A stretch of 64,000 bases of DNA. Source: the human T2T-CHM13v2.0 reference genome, Homo sapiens. The DNA lies in NCBI RefSeq assembly GCF_009914755.1, contig NC_060947.1; one strand, given 5' to 3'. The notes beneath the pieces are model-generated. The model did not search any database and was not told the DNA's origin. It saw nothing but the letters and a program-made list of their open reading frames with translations. Below are positions 63,165 through 64,000 of this stretch, piece by piece; position 1 is the first letter of the stretch; each line of letters begins with the position of its first letter. The position numbers were made by a program, and so were the translations under genes.

Positions 63165-64000
63165 GCCTGGAGTACAGTTCAAAAATAGGGCAAGAATTCA
63201 GAGTTACTTCTTCCACATCTGAGTTTTGCGAACATTTATTCCTGCTACATACACACCAGTCTGTGTATCTACACATAATGAAAAACAGACTTTTCTCAAT
63301 CCCCTCATATACAGAGGGCAGGTGAGTGAGCCAGTGAGAGAAGACTGAGAGGTAAGTGGATCATATAAATTAAGATGGCCTAACAACATTAGAATCATTA
63401 GGATTTAATCCTATAACTTATGACAACAGTCCAAGATGCAAAGTGATTTTTAAAAGTGATCTAAATTAAATTTTCTAGTTTTCCTTTTCTTTCCCTTTAA
63501 TAGGTTTCATGAAAATCAAGAATTATAAGGCGGGGAGGTAAGGCTGGAGAAGACAATCTAATAAAGCGATGTAGGACAAATGAGAAAAATCAGGCTTCCT
63601 TATTCTACTCCAACACTTTCCAACTGTCATGACCTTCATGGTCTGTCTGTACCTCAATTCTCTGATCAGTAAAATTTGGATGAAATATGCTGGACTCTGT
63701 TGAGACAAAATGAAAACATAAGGAGAGTCTATCATCTGTAAATCACTACATTATGTACCCATTAGTATTTTATTGTTAGCAAAGATTAATAGAAAACTGA
63801 CAACTCCAAGGCTGGATGGCATGAAGCCCTAACACCTAGTAGTTGCTGCCATAGTCTGATTTGAGGTTCCTCAAATCATTCTTCCCCAGCCTAATCATTT
63901 TTTCTCTTCAGACCTGGAATCCTGCCATCCTCTCGCGTCATAGTTTGGGGGTTACTGCCTGCATATGCCAATGAACAGTATAGCCACGTGACACAGAAAT

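Overview
Primate (very probably human) AT-rich genomic DNA from the 5' part of the X-linked dystrophin gene DMD, which is transcribed on the minus strand. The window holds exactly two canonical coding exons: exon 3 (21735-21827, [31 protein letters not shown]) and exon 4 (16792-16869, PKEKGSTRVHALNNVNKALRVLQNNN), both in the N-terminal CH1 actin-binding domain. The rest is the distal ~42 kb of intron 2, all of intron 3 and ~16.8 kb of intron 4. The introns contain 18 Alus, two long internally deleted L1s, several L1/L2/MIR fragments, solo LTRs (LTR7/HERV-H, LTR10-like, MLT1, LTR16/33/41-like), hAT DNA-transposon remnants and microsatellites. Nearly all ORF-track entries are repeat-derived noise. 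I found no new gene family or prokaryote-type system. The most interesting observations are: (1) a ~92%-identical copy of the exon 4/intron 4 junction pasted into intron 3 with its GT donor deleted; (2) a 62-nt poison-exon candidate in intron 3; (3) a perfect donor plus an in-frame ATG just outside an L1 5'UTR that could give dystrophin an alternative N-terminus; (4) an L1 3' transduction and a 61-bp micro-inversion; (5) an intact solo LTR7. Repeat subfamily names come from recalled consensus sequences and need RepeatMasker confirmation.
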